Source: Verrucomicrobiota bacterium (GTDB lineage: Bacteria > Verrucomicrobiota > Verrucomicrobiia > Limisphaerales > SXTU01). From it: a DNA stretch of 64,000 nucleotides. Shown here piece after piece: positions 41,751 to 52,380 of the stretch. The position numbers and the translations under genes are program-made. The notes below the pieces were generated by a model. That model was not told the origin of the DNA, did not search any database, and saw only the letters and a list, made by a program, of their open reading frames with translations. Each line of letters opens with the position of its first letter. The first letter of the stretch is position 1. The stretch is from positions 4,325-68,324 of the forward strand of contig JBDKJY010000034.1 in the NCBI GenBank assembly GCA_039796295.1. Reading direction: 5' to 3'.

Positions 41751-42701
41751 ATGATGCTCCGTAAAACCCTGGCCTTGGCTTTCACGCTGGCGGTGCTCAC
41801 GTCTGGCTTCTTCTGGCCGGTGAGGGTGCGGGTGGACGCGCGGTTTTGGGGCCATCTCTTCGACCTCAGCCACATACCCTTGCTGGCTTGGCTGGCGGCG
41901 GCGCTCTACTACGCGTTGCCGGCGCGCGTGCAACCGGCGCGTCGGCGCTACGCCCTGGCCTTCGGGCTTGCCGTCCTCTTCGCGGAGCTGGTGGAACTCC
42001 TCCAACCTCTCTTCGGCCGGTCGCGGAGCTTGGGCGATGTTCTCAACGGCAGCATAGGGGCGGCGCTGATGCTGACGGGCATCGCCGCGTGGCAGAGCAC
42101 CCGGAAATGGTTCTGGCGCGGTGGCCATGCGCTGGCTCTCGTCGGGACGATGGTCATCGCGCTCTGGCCTGCCTACGAGGAATGGCGCGGGTTGCGCTGG
42201 CGGCAAAAGCATTTCCCCTCGCTCGGCGACTTTGAGAACGACGAGGAACTCCGGCTGTGGCGACCGCAGGGCGGCTCGCGCGGCCACCCGACGCACATCG
42301 GCTTCACGCAGGCCTACGCCATTCAAGGCGAGCAATCCCTGCGCGTCGTGGGCGGTGCGGGCGATTGGGCCGGGGTGAACTACTCGGCGGGCGACAAGGA
42401 CTGGACGCCCTTCCGTGCCCTGACGCTGGAGGTGTTCAATCCGCGCCACCCCTTCACGCTCTACGTGCGGGTGGATGACGACGGCGACTGCACCAAGCTC
42501 GCCGACCGTTTCCAGCGCGGCTTCGAGCTAACCCCCGGTTGGAACCGCCTCCGCGTCGCCACCGCAGAAATTGAGCGCGGACCGACGACTCGACGGCTGA
42601 ACCTCCAAGCCATCCGCCGCGTGGCCATCTTCACCGGCGACCACGAACCGCCGCGCTTCTGGTTCCTGGACTACGTCCACCTCGAAGCGCGGGACGAGTA
42701 A
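41751..42701 (+). CDS. Membrane protein (VanZ-like N-terminal region) with a soluble C-terminal domain
   Basis: 4-5 TM N-terminal (..HLFDLSHIPLLAW..) followed by a beta-rich C-terminal domain. Confidence 0.5.
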   Translation: MMLRKTLALAFTLAVLTSGFFWPVRVRVDARFWGHLFDLSHIPLLAWLAAALYYALPARVQPARRRYALAFGLAVLFAELVELLQPLFGRSRSLGDVLNGSIGAALMLTGIAAWQSTRKWFWRGGHALALVGTMVIALWPAYEEWRGLRWRQKHFPSLGDFENDEELRLWRPQGGSRGHPTHIGFTQAYAIQGEQSLRVVGGAGDWAGVNYSAGDKDWTPFRALTLEVFNPRHPFTLYVRVDDDGDCTKLADRFQRGFELTPGWNRLRVATAEIERGPTTRRLNLQAIRRVAIFTGDHEPPRFWFLDYVHLEARDE

Positions 42702-42856
42702 CCGGTGCGGAACGATGCGGTTGTTGGCGAGGCGCTGCTGGCAGCCGGTTTAAGACGTGTGAGATCCGATAGCGGGGTTTATGGCGTGAAGCCCAGCTAG
42801 TGGCAGCGTGCACCTGTCCCCCGCGTGCCGTCATCCACCCGCTCGCTTCAGCCCGG

Positions 42857-43723
42857 TCACGGGCGATACTTTTTCAGCAGGGGGGCGAGTTCCTTGACCG
42901 TCTTCGCCGGCCAGAGTTTTGGGTCCGTCATGATCGCGTTGCGCAAGGCGTCGTGGCAGGGCCAGGACGGCTCGGCGGGGATGAGCGGGAGGACGTGCTG
43001 AATGATGCGCTGGGCGGTGGCGGCGTTGCGCTTGAGGTTATCGAGGACCATCTGAACCGTTACGTGGGCCTCGTCCACCTTCCAGCAATCGTAGTCGGTG
43101 ATCATCGCCATGGTGGCGTAGGCGATCTCGGCTTCGCGCGCGCACTTGGCTTCGCCGAGGTTCGTCATGCCGATCACGTCGTGGCCCTGGCGGTGATTGA
43201 GGACGGACTCGGCGCGGGTGCTGAAGGCCGGGCCTTCCATGTTCACGTAGGTGCCGCCGTCGTGGACGCGGGCCTTCTGGGCCTTGGCGGACTTGAGGAG
43301 CAGTTGGCGTAACTCCTCGCAGATCGGATCGGCGAAGGCGACGTGCGCCACGATGCCGCGCCCGAAGTAGGTGTGCTCGAAGTCGCGCTTGGTGCGGTCG
43401 AGGAACTGGTCCGGCAACACGATGTCGCAGGGGCGATACTTGGCTTGGAGAGAGCCGACGGCGCTGACGCTGATGACCCAGTGGACGCCGAGGGATTTCA
43501 GAGCCCAGAGGTTCGCGCGGTGGTTCAACTCGCTGGGCAGGAGCCGGTGGCCGCGCGCGTGGCGGGGGAGGAAGACTACTTCACGACCGGCGAGCTGGCC
43601 GGTTAGAAGTTCGTCGGAGGGGGAGCCGAAGGGGGTTTTGACTTTCACCCACTTTTGGCCGGTGAAGCCCTCGATGTGGTAAAGCCCGCTGCCGCCGATG
43701 ATGCCGATGCGATTGTTTGCCAT
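42857..43723 (-). CDS. mtnP: S-methyl-5'-thioadenosine phosphorylase
   Basis: IGIIGGSGLY.., PNP_UDP_1 family pattern. 288 aa. Confidence 0.9.
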   Translation of the reverse strand: MANNRIGIIGGSGLYHIEGFTGQKWVKVKTPFGSPSDELLTGQLAGREVVFLPRHARGHRLLPSELNHRANLWALKSLGVHWVISVSAVGSLQAKYRPCDIVLPDQFLDRTKRDFEHTYFGRGIVAHVAFADPICEELRQLLLKSAKAQKARVHDGGTYVNMEGPAFSTRAESVLNHRQGHDVIGMTNLGEAKCAREAEIAYATMAMITDYDCWKVDEAHVTVQMVLDNLKRNAATAQRIIQHVLPLIPAEPSWPCHDALRNAIMTDPKLWPAKTVKELAPLLKKYRP

Positions 43724-43798
43724 GCGGCGGGAGGATAGCCAATGAGCTTGGCGGTGCGCCAGCCGGCAAATGAGGGCGGCAAAGGCGAGGAAGCAGGG

Positions 43799-44560
43799 TC
43801 AGTAGTATGCCTTGCCGTTGGCCGCACCATTGAAGTCATGCCGGAGGATGATGGCGCTTCGAGGACGTGGCTCGACGTGCCCGTCGCCGAACAAGAGATT
43901 CACCGATTCGAGCCTGCCTTGATATGGATGCCCCTGACCGGCTGCCGGAAGGTTGGTGGTTGTGATGCTGTCGGACAGGATCGGCTTGTCTTGAAGTGCC
44001 GGGTCGGTGTCATTCGCGGGCCAGTAAGGGAAGGTGTCGGTATTGTTGGCAGGGAACTTCGAGGCACCCGCCAGGCGAGGCACCCACCAGATGTGCTCCC
44101 GAAGTAGGGTGAATGTGACATTCGGATATCGAAGTTGCAGGTAGGCCTGAAGGTCGGCGGTGTCCATGAGCAAGTTGGCCGGACTGTTCTGGGCCAGCCA
44201 TTTCCTCGCATCCTGAATCGCTTCGCTCCGGACCGGGCAGAACCACATGTTCACGTTAAGTCCGTAAGGGGCCAGCCCTGGTATCAGCCCGTTCGGCACG
44301 TCCCAAGGATTCATGCCCGTGCCCGGCATCGTATAGGTCGGAAACTGGCCATTGTTGTCCGTTGCGTAAGCCTGCACCGCTACGCCCCATTGTCGGTAGT
44401 TGGAAGTGCATTGCGTGACCTTGGCCCGGTATTTCGCCTTCGCTAACGCCGGGAGCAGCATCCCGGCGAGGATCGCGATGATGGCGATGACGACGAGCAG
44501 TTCGATCAGGGTGAACGCGACACGGGTGGCACGACTCGGAGGCTGGGTGTTTGAATTCAT
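43799..44560 (-). CDS. Prepilin-type N-terminal cleavage/methylation protein (DUF1559, H-X9-DG type)
   Basis: [25 protein letters not shown].., C-terminal ..LFGDGHV.. Confidence 0.9.
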   Translation of the reverse strand: MNSNTQPPSRATRVAFTLIELLVVIAIIAILAGMLLPALAKAKYRAKVTQCTSNYRQWGVAVQAYATDNNGQFPTYTMPGTGMNPWDVPNGLIPGLAPYGLNVNMWFCPVRSEAIQDARKWLAQNSPANLLMDTADLQAYLQLRYPNVTFTLLREHIWWVPRLAGASKFPANNTDTFPYWPANDTDPALQDKPILSDSITTTNLPAAGQGHPYQGRLESVNLLFGDGHVEPRPRSAIILRHDFNGAANGKAYY

Positions 44561-44722
44561 GGGTTACGAGTGGCAAACCGACGGGGTTACGACACCGCTT
44601 GTTCAAGCGCGATTGCCGGAAATATGCGATGGCGGCTTCGACGTGCCGTGGGCGGAGCGTTGCGTGCGCGGGGCTTGCCGACGAGGCGGGTTGCCTTAGC
44701 CTCGGCTCGTGTTTGAGACGAA

Positions 44723-45436
44723 ATGAAGACAAGCGATCAGTGGTCAGCAGCCAGCGGGCAGCGGCGCGTCGTGGTCGTGACCGGCACGGACACCGGCGTG
44801 GGCAAGACGGTGCTCACGGCGTGCCTGACGCGGCGGCTGCGGACGGCGGGTGTCAACGCAGTGGCGTTGAAGCCGTTGTGCTCCGGTGGGCGCGAGGATG
44901 CGCAGGCGCTGCTCGCGGCGAATGACGGCGTATTGTCGCTGGACGAGGTGAATCCGTGGCATTTCCGCGCGGCGCTGGCCCCGGTGCTGGCGGCGCGGCG
45001 GGAGGGCAGGGGGGTGACGCTGGCGGAGGTCGTGGCCAAGGTGCGGGCGGTGGGGCGGCGGTTTGAACTGGTCGTGGTGGAGGGCGCGGGCGGCTTGCTG
45101 AGTCCACTGGGCGAGGGGTTTGACACGCGGGACTTGATCGCGGCGCTGCGGGCCGAGGTGGTGATCGTCGTGCCGAACCGGCTGGGAGCGGTGAACCAGG
45201 CGCGGCTGGTGTGGGAGGCGTTGCCGAAGTCACCACGGCGGCGGGCGCGCATCGTCTTGGTGACGCAGCCGGAGCCGGACGCAGCAGCGCGGAGCAATGC
45301 GGCGCTGTTGCGGGAGTTCGCGCCGGGGGCGGCGGTTCTCCAGTTGCCGTGGGTGGGTGGGCTGGCCTTAGCGAAACCCAACCGTCGGGTGGGGGTGGCG
45401 CTAAAGCCGTTGGTGGACACGTTGCTGACCCGATGA
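44723..45436 (+). CDS. bioD: Dethiobiotin synthase
   Basis: VVVTGTDTGVGKTV.., ..VVEGAGGL.. Confidence 0.88.
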   Translation: MKTSDQWSAASGQRRVVVVTGTDTGVGKTVLTACLTRRLRTAGVNAVALKPLCSGGREDAQALLAANDGVLSLDEVNPWHFRAALAPVLAARREGRGVTLAEVVAKVRAVGRRFELVVVEGAGGLLSPLGEGFDTRDLIAALRAEVVIVVPNRLGAVNQARLVWEALPKSPRRRARIVLVTQPEPDAAARSNAALLREFAPGAAVLQLPWVGGLALAKPNRRVGVALKPLVDTLLTR

Positions 45437-45557
45437 CCTACTGTGTGGGGCGAGGGGTGGAAGGAACGCAGCGCTTGCTCGGGGGGTAAGAAGCAGCACC
45501 CGCACTCGCTCCGGCTTCCTTGCTCTCTTTAGTAAAATCCCCGTCCACCAGTTCCGC

Positions 45558-47114
45558 TCAGGCGGGCTTGGGGCCGGGTTTGAACTGGGCCTTCATGAGG
45601 AAGGTCAAGGCCTTCACGGCCAGCTCGATGATGAGGAAGGGTTTGCCGATGAGGTCGGTGCCGCCGCTGATGGTGGACTTGGCGCGGCTGGCGAAGTCGG
45701 TGAGGCCGGTGACGAAGACGACGGGGGTCTTGGCGTGCTGGGGTTGGGCGCGGATTTGTTTGCAGAGGTCGTAGCCGTTCATCCCGGGCATGTCGATGTC
45801 CAGAAAGATGAGGTCGAAGGTTTGCTTCTTGCAGCGTTCGAGAGCGGCGGTGGGGTCGGCCACGTCCAGGGCTTTCAGCTCGGCTTTTTCGAGTCCGCGC
45901 ATGACGGCTTTGCGGGAGAGGGCTTCGTCGTCCACGACGAGCACGCTGGCTTCGCCGAGTTTGATGCTTTCGGCGGCGTCCACGTCGGTGGCGAGCTGGG
46001 CGAGGAAGTCCACGGTGTGGGCGAGGGTGCGGATGGTGGAGGGGTTGAGGTTCTTGGGGTTCTCGTAAAGCTCGGTGAGCAGGGCTTCAAACGCGGCGGC
46101 GAAGCGGGCCAAGACTTCGCAGCCGGCGACTCCCGCGCCGCTGGTGAGCGTGTGGGTCTTGCGATACATGTCGAAGAGGATCGCGCCGCGTTCTTCCATC
46201 CAGCGGAGGTTGGCGGTGTCGCTCTCGTTCTTGACGAAGGCCTGGAGGCGCTGGCGGAGGTAGCCGATGGATTGGGGGAGGTTTTCCGCGAAGCCGCGCC
46301 GGAGCTCTTGCTGAAAGTTGTATTCGACTTCGAGCAGGTTGCTTTCGCTGGGGGCGATGAATTCCTCGGCGGGGGCTCCCGCTTGGCCGGGCAAGGGGGG
46401 CGCGCCGAACCCTTCCATCTTGATAGCTCCGCCGGCGGCGGGGGCCATGGCGATGGAGCCGGACTCACCGGCAAGCTTGAGGGGCAGGTCGCTGGGGATG
46501 GGCTTCGGGGCGGCAGGGGCGAGGGTTTTGGGAACCTGCGGGGCGCGGGCGGCGGGCTTGGGCTGCGAAGTCATCTTCAGCAGGCCGGAAAGGAGTGGGG
46601 TTTCCTCGGTCTTGGCGGTGGGGGCGAGGGGAACCATTTTGATCGGGCCGTCCGCTGGCGCGTGGGGAGGCGGGGCGGTGCCGCTGGTGGGCATCTTTAT
46701 GGCGGAGGCGGAGTCGGCGGCGGGCGGGGGGCCACCGACGGAGTCTTCCCCGGCGAGGGTGGCCTTGAGCACGTCAGAGACTTGCTTTGGGGTGCAGATG
46801 GCTTTGGTGAGGCATTTGTTCGCACCGGCTTTCCAAGCGGACTGGACGAGGGTGCCGAGGTAGGAGTTGGTAAAGACGACGACGGGGAGGGTCTTGGATT
46901 CCTCGCGGCTGCGGATGAATTTCAGGACTTCGATGCCGTTGACTTTGGGGAGCTGGAGGTCGAGGAGGACGATGCTGGGCGGGTTGCACTTGATCATCTC
47001 CATCGCCAGTTCGCCGTCGGCGGCGTGCTGGACTTGGAAGCCATCCATCTGGAGCTTGCGCTGGTAGATGTTGGCGATGATGGCGTCGTCTTCGACGATG
47101 AGGACTTTGTTCAT
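45558..47114 (-). CDS. REC-HPt-REC phosphorelay protein
   Basis: Two receiver domains (..LLDLQLP.., ..FLDIDMPGMNG..) flank an HPt-like helix (HTLTSGAGVAG). Start at MNKVLIVEDD. Confidence 0.8.
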   Translation of the reverse strand: MNKVLIVEDDAIIANIYQRKLQMDGFQVQHAADGELAMEMIKCNPPSIVLLDLQLPKVNGIEVLKFIRSREESKTLPVVVFTNSYLGTLVQSAWKAGANKCLTKAICTPKQVSDVLKATLAGEDSVGGPPPAADSASAIKMPTSGTAPPPHAPADGPIKMVPLAPTAKTEETPLLSGLLKMTSQPKPAARAPQVPKTLAPAAPKPIPSDLPLKLAGESGSIAMAPAAGGAIKMEGFGAPPLPGQAGAPAEEFIAPSESNLLEVEYNFQQELRRGFAENLPQSIGYLRQRLQAFVKNESDTANLRWMEERGAILFDMYRKTHTLTSGAGVAGCEVLARFAAAFEALLTELYENPKNLNPSTIRTLAHTVDFLAQLATDVDAAESIKLGEASVLVVDDEALSRKAVMRGLEKAELKALDVADPTAALERCKKQTFDLIFLDIDMPGMNGYDLCKQIRAQPQHAKTPVVFVTGLTDFASRAKSTISGGTDLIGKPFLIIELAVKALTFLMKAQFKPGPKPA

Positions 47115-47171
47115 CGGATCAACCGGTTGTGGGCGGAGTGTGGGGCGGCACGGCGGGACTGGCAAGTTGGC

Positions 47172-48434
47172 TCACGGGGCCGCAACCGGTGCCTTGTCTG
47201 GCGGCAGCAGGCGGGCTTTGAACATGTGCGTGAGCGACTTCACCGCGAGTTCGATGGGGAGGAACGGCTTGGCGATGATGTCGCTGCCGCCGGCCAGGGA
47301 GGAGCGGGCGCGCATCTGGAAGTCGTTCATCCCGGTGACGAAGACGACCGGCGTGCGGGCGTAGTCGGGCAGGCGGCGGAGCCTCTGGCAGAGCGTGAAG
47401 CCGTCCATCTCCGGCATGTCAATGTCGAGGAACACGAGGTCGAAGCGCTGGCGTTCGAGCATCGCCAGGGCTTCGATGGGGTTCTCTAAACTGACGTAGG
47501 CGATCCCGGCCTTTTCCAAGCCGGAGATGATGGAGCGACGGGAGAAGATTTCGTCGTCCACGATGAGCGCGAGCGGCGTGGCGCTGTTGTCAGGAGCCGC
47601 GTGACTTTCGATGTCGAGCAGGCGGGCGAGGAAATCCATCGCGTGTGCAAAGGTGCGGAGCGAGGAGGAGTTGGCGTTCTGCGGGGCCTCGGTCAACTCG
47701 CGGAGGAAGGCCTCCAGCGCGCTCGAGAGCTGGGCCACCTGCTTGAAGCCAGCCAGTCCCGCTTCGCCGGTGAGTGAGTGCAGGGTGCGATACATCTCGC
47801 GGAGCAACTGCGCGCGCTCTTCGAGCCAGCGCAGGTAGGCGACGTCCGCCTCGCTCTTGACGACTGCCTGCAAGCGCTGGCGGACATCCACGAGCATCTG
47901 CGGGGAAGTCTTGATGAACTGACGGCGCACCTCGCTTTGGAACGCGTCGTCCCGCGCGGTCTCGGCGGCGGTCAACGGTGGGATGACGACCGGGGGCGGT
48001 TCCGAAGGGGGCGTCGTGGGGGTGGCGGAGGGCACCACGGCGGCGGCCTTGATCTGGGCTTCGGCGAGGGTGAAACGCACCACGTCCACGACCTGGCGCG
48101 GGGAGCAGATGGCCTTGGTGAGGCACCTATTCGCGCCGGCCTTCCACGCGGATTGAACCAGGTTGCCGAGGTAAGCGTTGGTGAAGACGATGACTGGCAG
48201 CGACTGCAATGCGGGCGTGGCCCGGACGAACTTCAGCACCTCGATGCCGTTGACCTGCGGGAGCTGGAGGTCGAGTAACACCACATCGGGGCGGCGTGCC
48301 CGGAGCGACGCGATCGCGGTCTCGCCGTCGCCCGCCAGCTCGACGACGAACTGCTCGGCGGTGAACTTGCGTTGATACAAGTCCGCAGTGATGGGGTCGT
48401 CTTCGACGATGAGGATGTGCTGGCCGACGGACAT
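47172..48434 (-). CDS. REC-HPt-REC phosphorelay protein (paralogue of the downstream gene)
   Basis: Same architecture: ..LLDLQLPQVNG.., HSLTGEAGLAG, ..FLDIDMPEMDG.. Confidence 0.8.
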   Translation of the reverse strand: MSVGQHILIVEDDPITADLYQRKFTAEQFVVELAGDGETAIASLRARRPDVVLLDLQLPQVNGIEVLKFVRATPALQSLPVIVFTNAYLGNLVQSAWKAGANRCLTKAICSPRQVVDVVRFTLAEAQIKAAAVVPSATPTTPPSEPPPVVIPPLTAAETARDDAFQSEVRRQFIKTSPQMLVDVRQRLQAVVKSEADVAYLRWLEERAQLLREMYRTLHSLTGEAGLAGFKQVAQLSSALEAFLRELTEAPQNANSSSLRTFAHAMDFLARLLDIESHAAPDNSATPLALIVDDEIFSRRSIISGLEKAGIAYVSLENPIEALAMLERQRFDLVFLDIDMPEMDGFTLCQRLRRLPDYARTPVVFVTGMNDFQMRARSSLAGGSDIIAKPFLPIELAVKSLTHMFKARLLPPDKAPVAAP

Positions 48435-48454
48435 GCGCAGAGCGGACAGGGCGT

Positions 48455-49552
48455 TCAGGCGGGCGGCACGGGCAGCCGGATGGTCGCGGTGGTGCCGGCC
48501 CCTTCGGCACTCTCCAACGTCAGGGTGCCGCCGTGCAGCTCGATCAATCGCTTAGCGATCACCAAGCCCAGGCCGCTGCCCTGTTGCTCGTGCTGGCCAC
48601 GCTCGAACTGCACGTAGGCGGCGATGCCTTGGAGGTATTCGGGCTTCATGCCGCGGCCTTGATCGGTGATGACGATCTTGAGCAGCTTGCCCTCCGGCAT
48701 GGCGGCCACCTTCACGGGCGAGCCGGATGGGGAAAACTTGAAGGCGTTGCCGAGGATTTCCTCCACGATCTTACTCAGGAGGTCCTCGGCGCAGCAGACC
48801 GCCCCGTGGCAGATGTCGGTGCGCAAGTCGGGGAGCCGGCTGGCGGCTTGCGCCTTGGTGTGGGCCACGAGTGTGAGCGCTTCGTTCACATCCTCCACGC
48901 GCTTGGTGCGCATGGCGGCGATTTCCTTGTCGTCGGCGCGGAGCAGTTCGAGCTGCGAGTAGATGAGGAAGTTCTGGATGAGCCGCTGGAGGCGCTGGCC
49001 GGACTCCAAGATGCTCTTGCCCATTTCCGCGAGTTCAGCGGGCTGGAGCGTGTCCGCGCAGGTGCTGATGATCTCGCCAAACCCGAGGATGCCCACGAGT
49101 GGGGTGTTCAGCTCGTGGGGCAGCATGAGGCTGAGGTTGGCGCGTAGCTCCGCGAGTTTCTTCTCGGCGCTCTGCTTGACGACATCCTGCTTCTTCAGCC
49201 GTGCTTCGACAGCCTTGAGCAGCGCGTTCATTGCGAAGGGCTTGCTCAGGTAGTCGTCCGCGCCCAGCTCCATGCCCTTGCGCATCCCCGATGCCTCGGC
49301 ATCGCCGGTCATCAGGATCAGCGGGATGTGGGCGGTGGTCGGGTCCTTGCGCAACTCCGTCAGCGCGGCGAAACCATCGGACTGCGGCATGTTGATGTCG
49401 CTGATGACGAGGTCGGGCAGGGCGGCGCGCGCTAGCTTGAGGGCGGTCACGCCGTTGTCGGCGTCGAGCACCTCGTAGCCCTTCAGCTTGAGGACCATCT
49501 GGATGGTCGAGCGAAGCTGCGCGTCGTCGTCAACGATTAGGATTTTCGGCAT
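48455..49552 (-). CDS. Hybrid histidine kinase with N-terminal receiver domain
   Basis: MPKILIVDDD.., H-box PHELNTPL, G-box GSGLGLVIAKRLIELHGG. Confidence 0.88.
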   Translation of the reverse strand: MPKILIVDDDAQLRSTIQMVLKLKGYEVLDADNGVTALKLARAALPDLVISDINMPQSDGFAALTELRKDPTTAHIPLILMTGDAEASGMRKGMELGADDYLSKPFAMNALLKAVEARLKKQDVVKQSAEKKLAELRANLSLMLPHELNTPLVGILGFGEIISTCADTLQPAELAEMGKSILESGQRLQRLIQNFLIYSQLELLRADDKEIAAMRTKRVEDVNEALTLVAHTKAQAASRLPDLRTDICHGAVCCAEDLLSKIVEEILGNAFKFSPSGSPVKVAAMPEGKLLKIVITDQGRGMKPEYLQGIAAYVQFERGQHEQQGSGLGLVIAKRLIELHGGTLTLESAEGAGTTATIRLPVPPA

Positions 49553-49690
49553 GGGTCTTTCGAGGTGTCGGGGCGGCAGTGGCAACTACCGGCTCCCAGC
49601 AACGTGTGTGGATAGTCGGGCGGTGGGTTCATGCTTTCAAACTGAAAATCACCTCGGGGCATCCCGTAGGCGGTTGGTGACGCTGCGGCA

Positions 49691-50587
49691 TCACTTCGCA
49701 AATCCCTGCACCTTCAGCCATACCGCCAAGTCCAGCGACCACGGGTGCAGCGCGGACAGCGGCGTTTTTTCCGGGTCCCACGCCTTCACGCCCAGGCCCA
49801 TGCCGTGCCCGCCCTTCTGATACACATGCAGGTCGAATGGCACCCCGTTCCGCTGCAATGCCGCCGCGAACTCCAGCGCGTTCTCCACCTTCACGCCCTT
49901 GTCCTCCCAGGTGTGCCACAGGAAGCACGGCGGTGTGTTCTTGGTCACTTGCAGCTCGTTCGACAACAGCTTCACCAACTCCTCGGGCGGTTCCTTTCCA
50001 AGCAAATTGTTCTTCGATCCGTTGTGCGTGTGCGTGCCCATCGAGATGACCGGGTAGCACAGAATGCCCAAGTCCGGCCGGCTGCTGGCGCGTTCGATCG
50101 GGTCCGTGTCCTCTGGCTTGCCCGCGTCGAAGTGCGTCACCGCCGTCGAGGCCAAGTGCCCGCCGGCGCTGCTGCCCATGACGCCGATGCGCTTGGCGTC
50201 CAGCTTCCACTCGCCCGCGTTCGCGCGCACGTAGCGCACGGCGCGGTTCACGTCATTCAACATCGCCGGATGCCGATAGCCCGCCGAGCCGAGGCGATAC
50301 TTCAGCACAAAGCCCGCGATGCCGTGCGCGTTCAGCCACAACGCGTAGTCCCGCCCCTCGTGCGCCGCGAGGCCGCCATAACCGCCGCCCGGACAAATCA
50401 CCACCGCTGCTCCCGTCGCTTTGTCCGCTGTCGGGAAGAAGGGTGTGAGCGTGGGGATATCCTTCACCGGATCCGTGCCGAGCGCGCCGGGCGTGGCCGT
50501 GGCCCAGAGCGGGAAGGCCTCCTTCGGTTGCGCGAGGAGCGGGAGGGGGGAAGTGAGCAAGAGGGCGGCAAGGGCTAGGAGTTTCAT
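49691..50587 (-). CDS. Secreted alpha/beta hydrolase (esterase)
   Basis: Signal peptide. ..CPGGGY.., nucleophile elbow GSSAGG. Confidence 0.8.
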   Translation of the reverse strand: MKLLALAALLLTSPLPLLAQPKEAFPLWATATPGALGTDPVKDIPTLTPFFPTADKATGAAVVICPGGGYGGLAAHEGRDYALWLNAHGIAGFVLKYRLGSAGYRHPAMLNDVNRAVRYVRANAGEWKLDAKRIGVMGSSAGGHLASTAVTHFDAGKPEDTDPIERASSRPDLGILCYPVISMGTHTHNGSKNNLLGKEPPEELVKLLSNELQVTKNTPPCFLWHTWEDKGVKVENALEFAAALQRNGVPFDLHVYQKGGHGMGLGVKAWDPEKTPLSALHPWSLDLAVWLKVQGFAK

Positions 50588-50614
50588 GGGGTGGGTGAGT
50601 GGTTGGCAAAGGCA

Positions 50615-52141
50615 CTACCGCAACACGAACTTCCGATGCTGTTTGAACACGCCGCGCAGGGCTTTGGAAGCCGCGTCCTGCAACGCCTGCAACTCGCCAT
50701 AGACGGCGACGTTCTTCGCGTCCGGCTCGGCGGTCTCGGCTTTGTTCAGCGTGACGAATTGGTCGGTGAGGTCGGCGATGCTGACTTTTTCTCCGGCTTG
50801 CAAGCGCCAGCACCAGAGGGCTTGGAGTGCCGCGCCGTAGGCCGCGCCTTCGCCGACCTTGAGCGTGACGACCTCGGCGTTGAACACGTCGGCCATGATT
50901 TGCCGCCAGAGTTTCGACTTCGCGCCGCCGCCGGTCGCACGGATTTGCGTGGCCTTGAGGCCGAGCTCCGCGAGGCGGCGCAGGCCGTAGTTCATCCCGA
51001 GCGTGACGCCCTCGAACGCGGCGCGGCAGTAGTGGCTCGCGGTGAAGGTGCCGGGGTTGATGCCAAGCATCGTGCCGCAGCCGTCGGGGACGTTGGGCGT
51101 GCGCTCGCCTTCGAGGTAAGGCAGCAGCAGCAGGCCGCGCGACCCGGCCGGCACCTTCGCGGCCTTCGCCTCGAACTGCTCGTGCGTGTAGCCGAAGTCC
51201 TTCCGCATCATCTCGGTCGCGACCGTGACGTTCATCGTGCAGAGGAGCGGGAGCCAGTGGTTCGTGCTGTCGCAGAAGGAGGCGATTTCACCAGCGTGGT
51301 CCACGACCGGTTTGTCCGCGCAGGCGTAGATGGTGCCGCTGGTGCCGAAGCTCGCGGTCACGGTGCCCGCGCGGGTGTTCCCGGTGCCAATCGCGCCCAT
51401 CATGTTGTCGCCACCGCCCGCGCTGACGAGCACGCCGGGGTTCAGGCCGAGCGCCTTGGCGGTGCTGGCTTGCAGCGTCCCGGCGGGTTGGTCGCTGGAG
51501 ATGAGGCGCGGGAGCTTCGCCGCGAGGTCGCCGCCCACGGCCTTGAGCACGGCGTCGGACCACTTGCGTTTGCGCACATCGAGAATCGCGGTGCCACTGG
51601 CATCGCCATATTCCATTACGGCCTGGCCGGTGAGCCAGAAGTTCAGGTAGTCGTGCGGCAGCAGCACGGTGGCGAGGCGGGCGAAATTCTTCGGCTCGTG
51701 GTTCTTGAGCCAGAGAATCTTTGGGACGGTGAAGCCGGGGAGAATGGCGTTGCCCACGGCCTTGCTCGCGCCTTTGAGGCCGCCGAGCTTCGCGGTGAGT
51801 TCCTCGCACTCGGCGATGGTCGAGGTGTCGCACCAGAGCTTGGCGGGGCGGATGACTTCGCCGCGCTTGTCCAGCGGCACGAAGCCGTGCTGCTGGCCGC
51901 TGACGCCGATGGCCTTCACCTCGGCGGCGGTGGCATTGGCGGCCTTGAGCGCGCCCTTGATGGCCTGTGCCGTCGCGTCCCGCCAAGTGTGCGGGTGCTG
52001 CTCCTTCGCGCCGGGCGGGAGATTGGGGATGAGGTCGTAAGCCGCAGACGCGCTGCCAAGGACCTTGCCAGACTTGGCGTCCACGACGAGGGCTTTGGTG
52101 GATTGTGTGCCGGAGTCAATGCCGATGAGAAGCGTGCGCAT
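50615..52141 (-). CDS. xylB: Xylulokinase (FGGY family)
   Basis: MRTLLIGIDSGTQSTKALVVD.. Full-length FGGY pattern. Internal ATG chosen. Confidence 0.85.
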   Translation of the reverse strand: MRTLLIGIDSGTQSTKALVVDAKSGKVLGSASAAYDLIPNLPPGAKEQHPHTWRDATAQAIKGALKAANATAAEVKAIGVSGQQHGFVPLDKRGEVIRPAKLWCDTSTIAECEELTAKLGGLKGASKAVGNAILPGFTVPKILWLKNHEPKNFARLATVLLPHDYLNFWLTGQAVMEYGDASGTAILDVRKRKWSDAVLKAVGGDLAAKLPRLISSDQPAGTLQASTAKALGLNPGVLVSAGGGDNMMGAIGTGNTRAGTVTASFGTSGTIYACADKPVVDHAGEIASFCDSTNHWLPLLCTMNVTVATEMMRKDFGYTHEQFEAKAAKVPAGSRGLLLLPYLEGERTPNVPDGCGTMLGINPGTFTASHYCRAAFEGVTLGMNYGLRRLAELGLKATQIRATGGGAKSKLWRQIMADVFNAEVVTLKVGEGAAYGAALQALWCWRLQAGEKVSIADLTDQFVTLNKAETAEPDAKNVAVYGELQALQDAASKALRGVFKQHRKFVLR

Positions 52142-52380
52142 AGGTCGAAAAAGTCCGGCGAGAATGGCGAAGGGCAGGGGAGCTTGTCCAACCATTCTGC
52201 CGGTGCCGATCTGCGAGTAAGAGTTGCTTCACCCAGACTTTGCCACCGTCAATGCTTCGCTTTGCTCGCGTCGGCTCAAGGAGTCGGTTCTTGAAATATC
52301 CGTTTGCATCCCGGCGGACGTGTGTTACAAACCGCGCTCCGTTCGGGCGGTCCGCACGGGAAACACATTCTCAGAAGACT

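Noticed and set aside
40623-42449. 608-aa minus-strand ORF
   Set aside because: It spans three plus-strand genes plus an intergenic hairpin and has shadow-frame composition.
45735-47489. 584-aa plus-strand ORF (also 50591..52294+, 55678..57822+, 60038..61276-, 27441..28766+)
   Set aside because: All lie opposite genes with clear family motifs and show Gly/Arg/Ala/Val-rich shadow composition.
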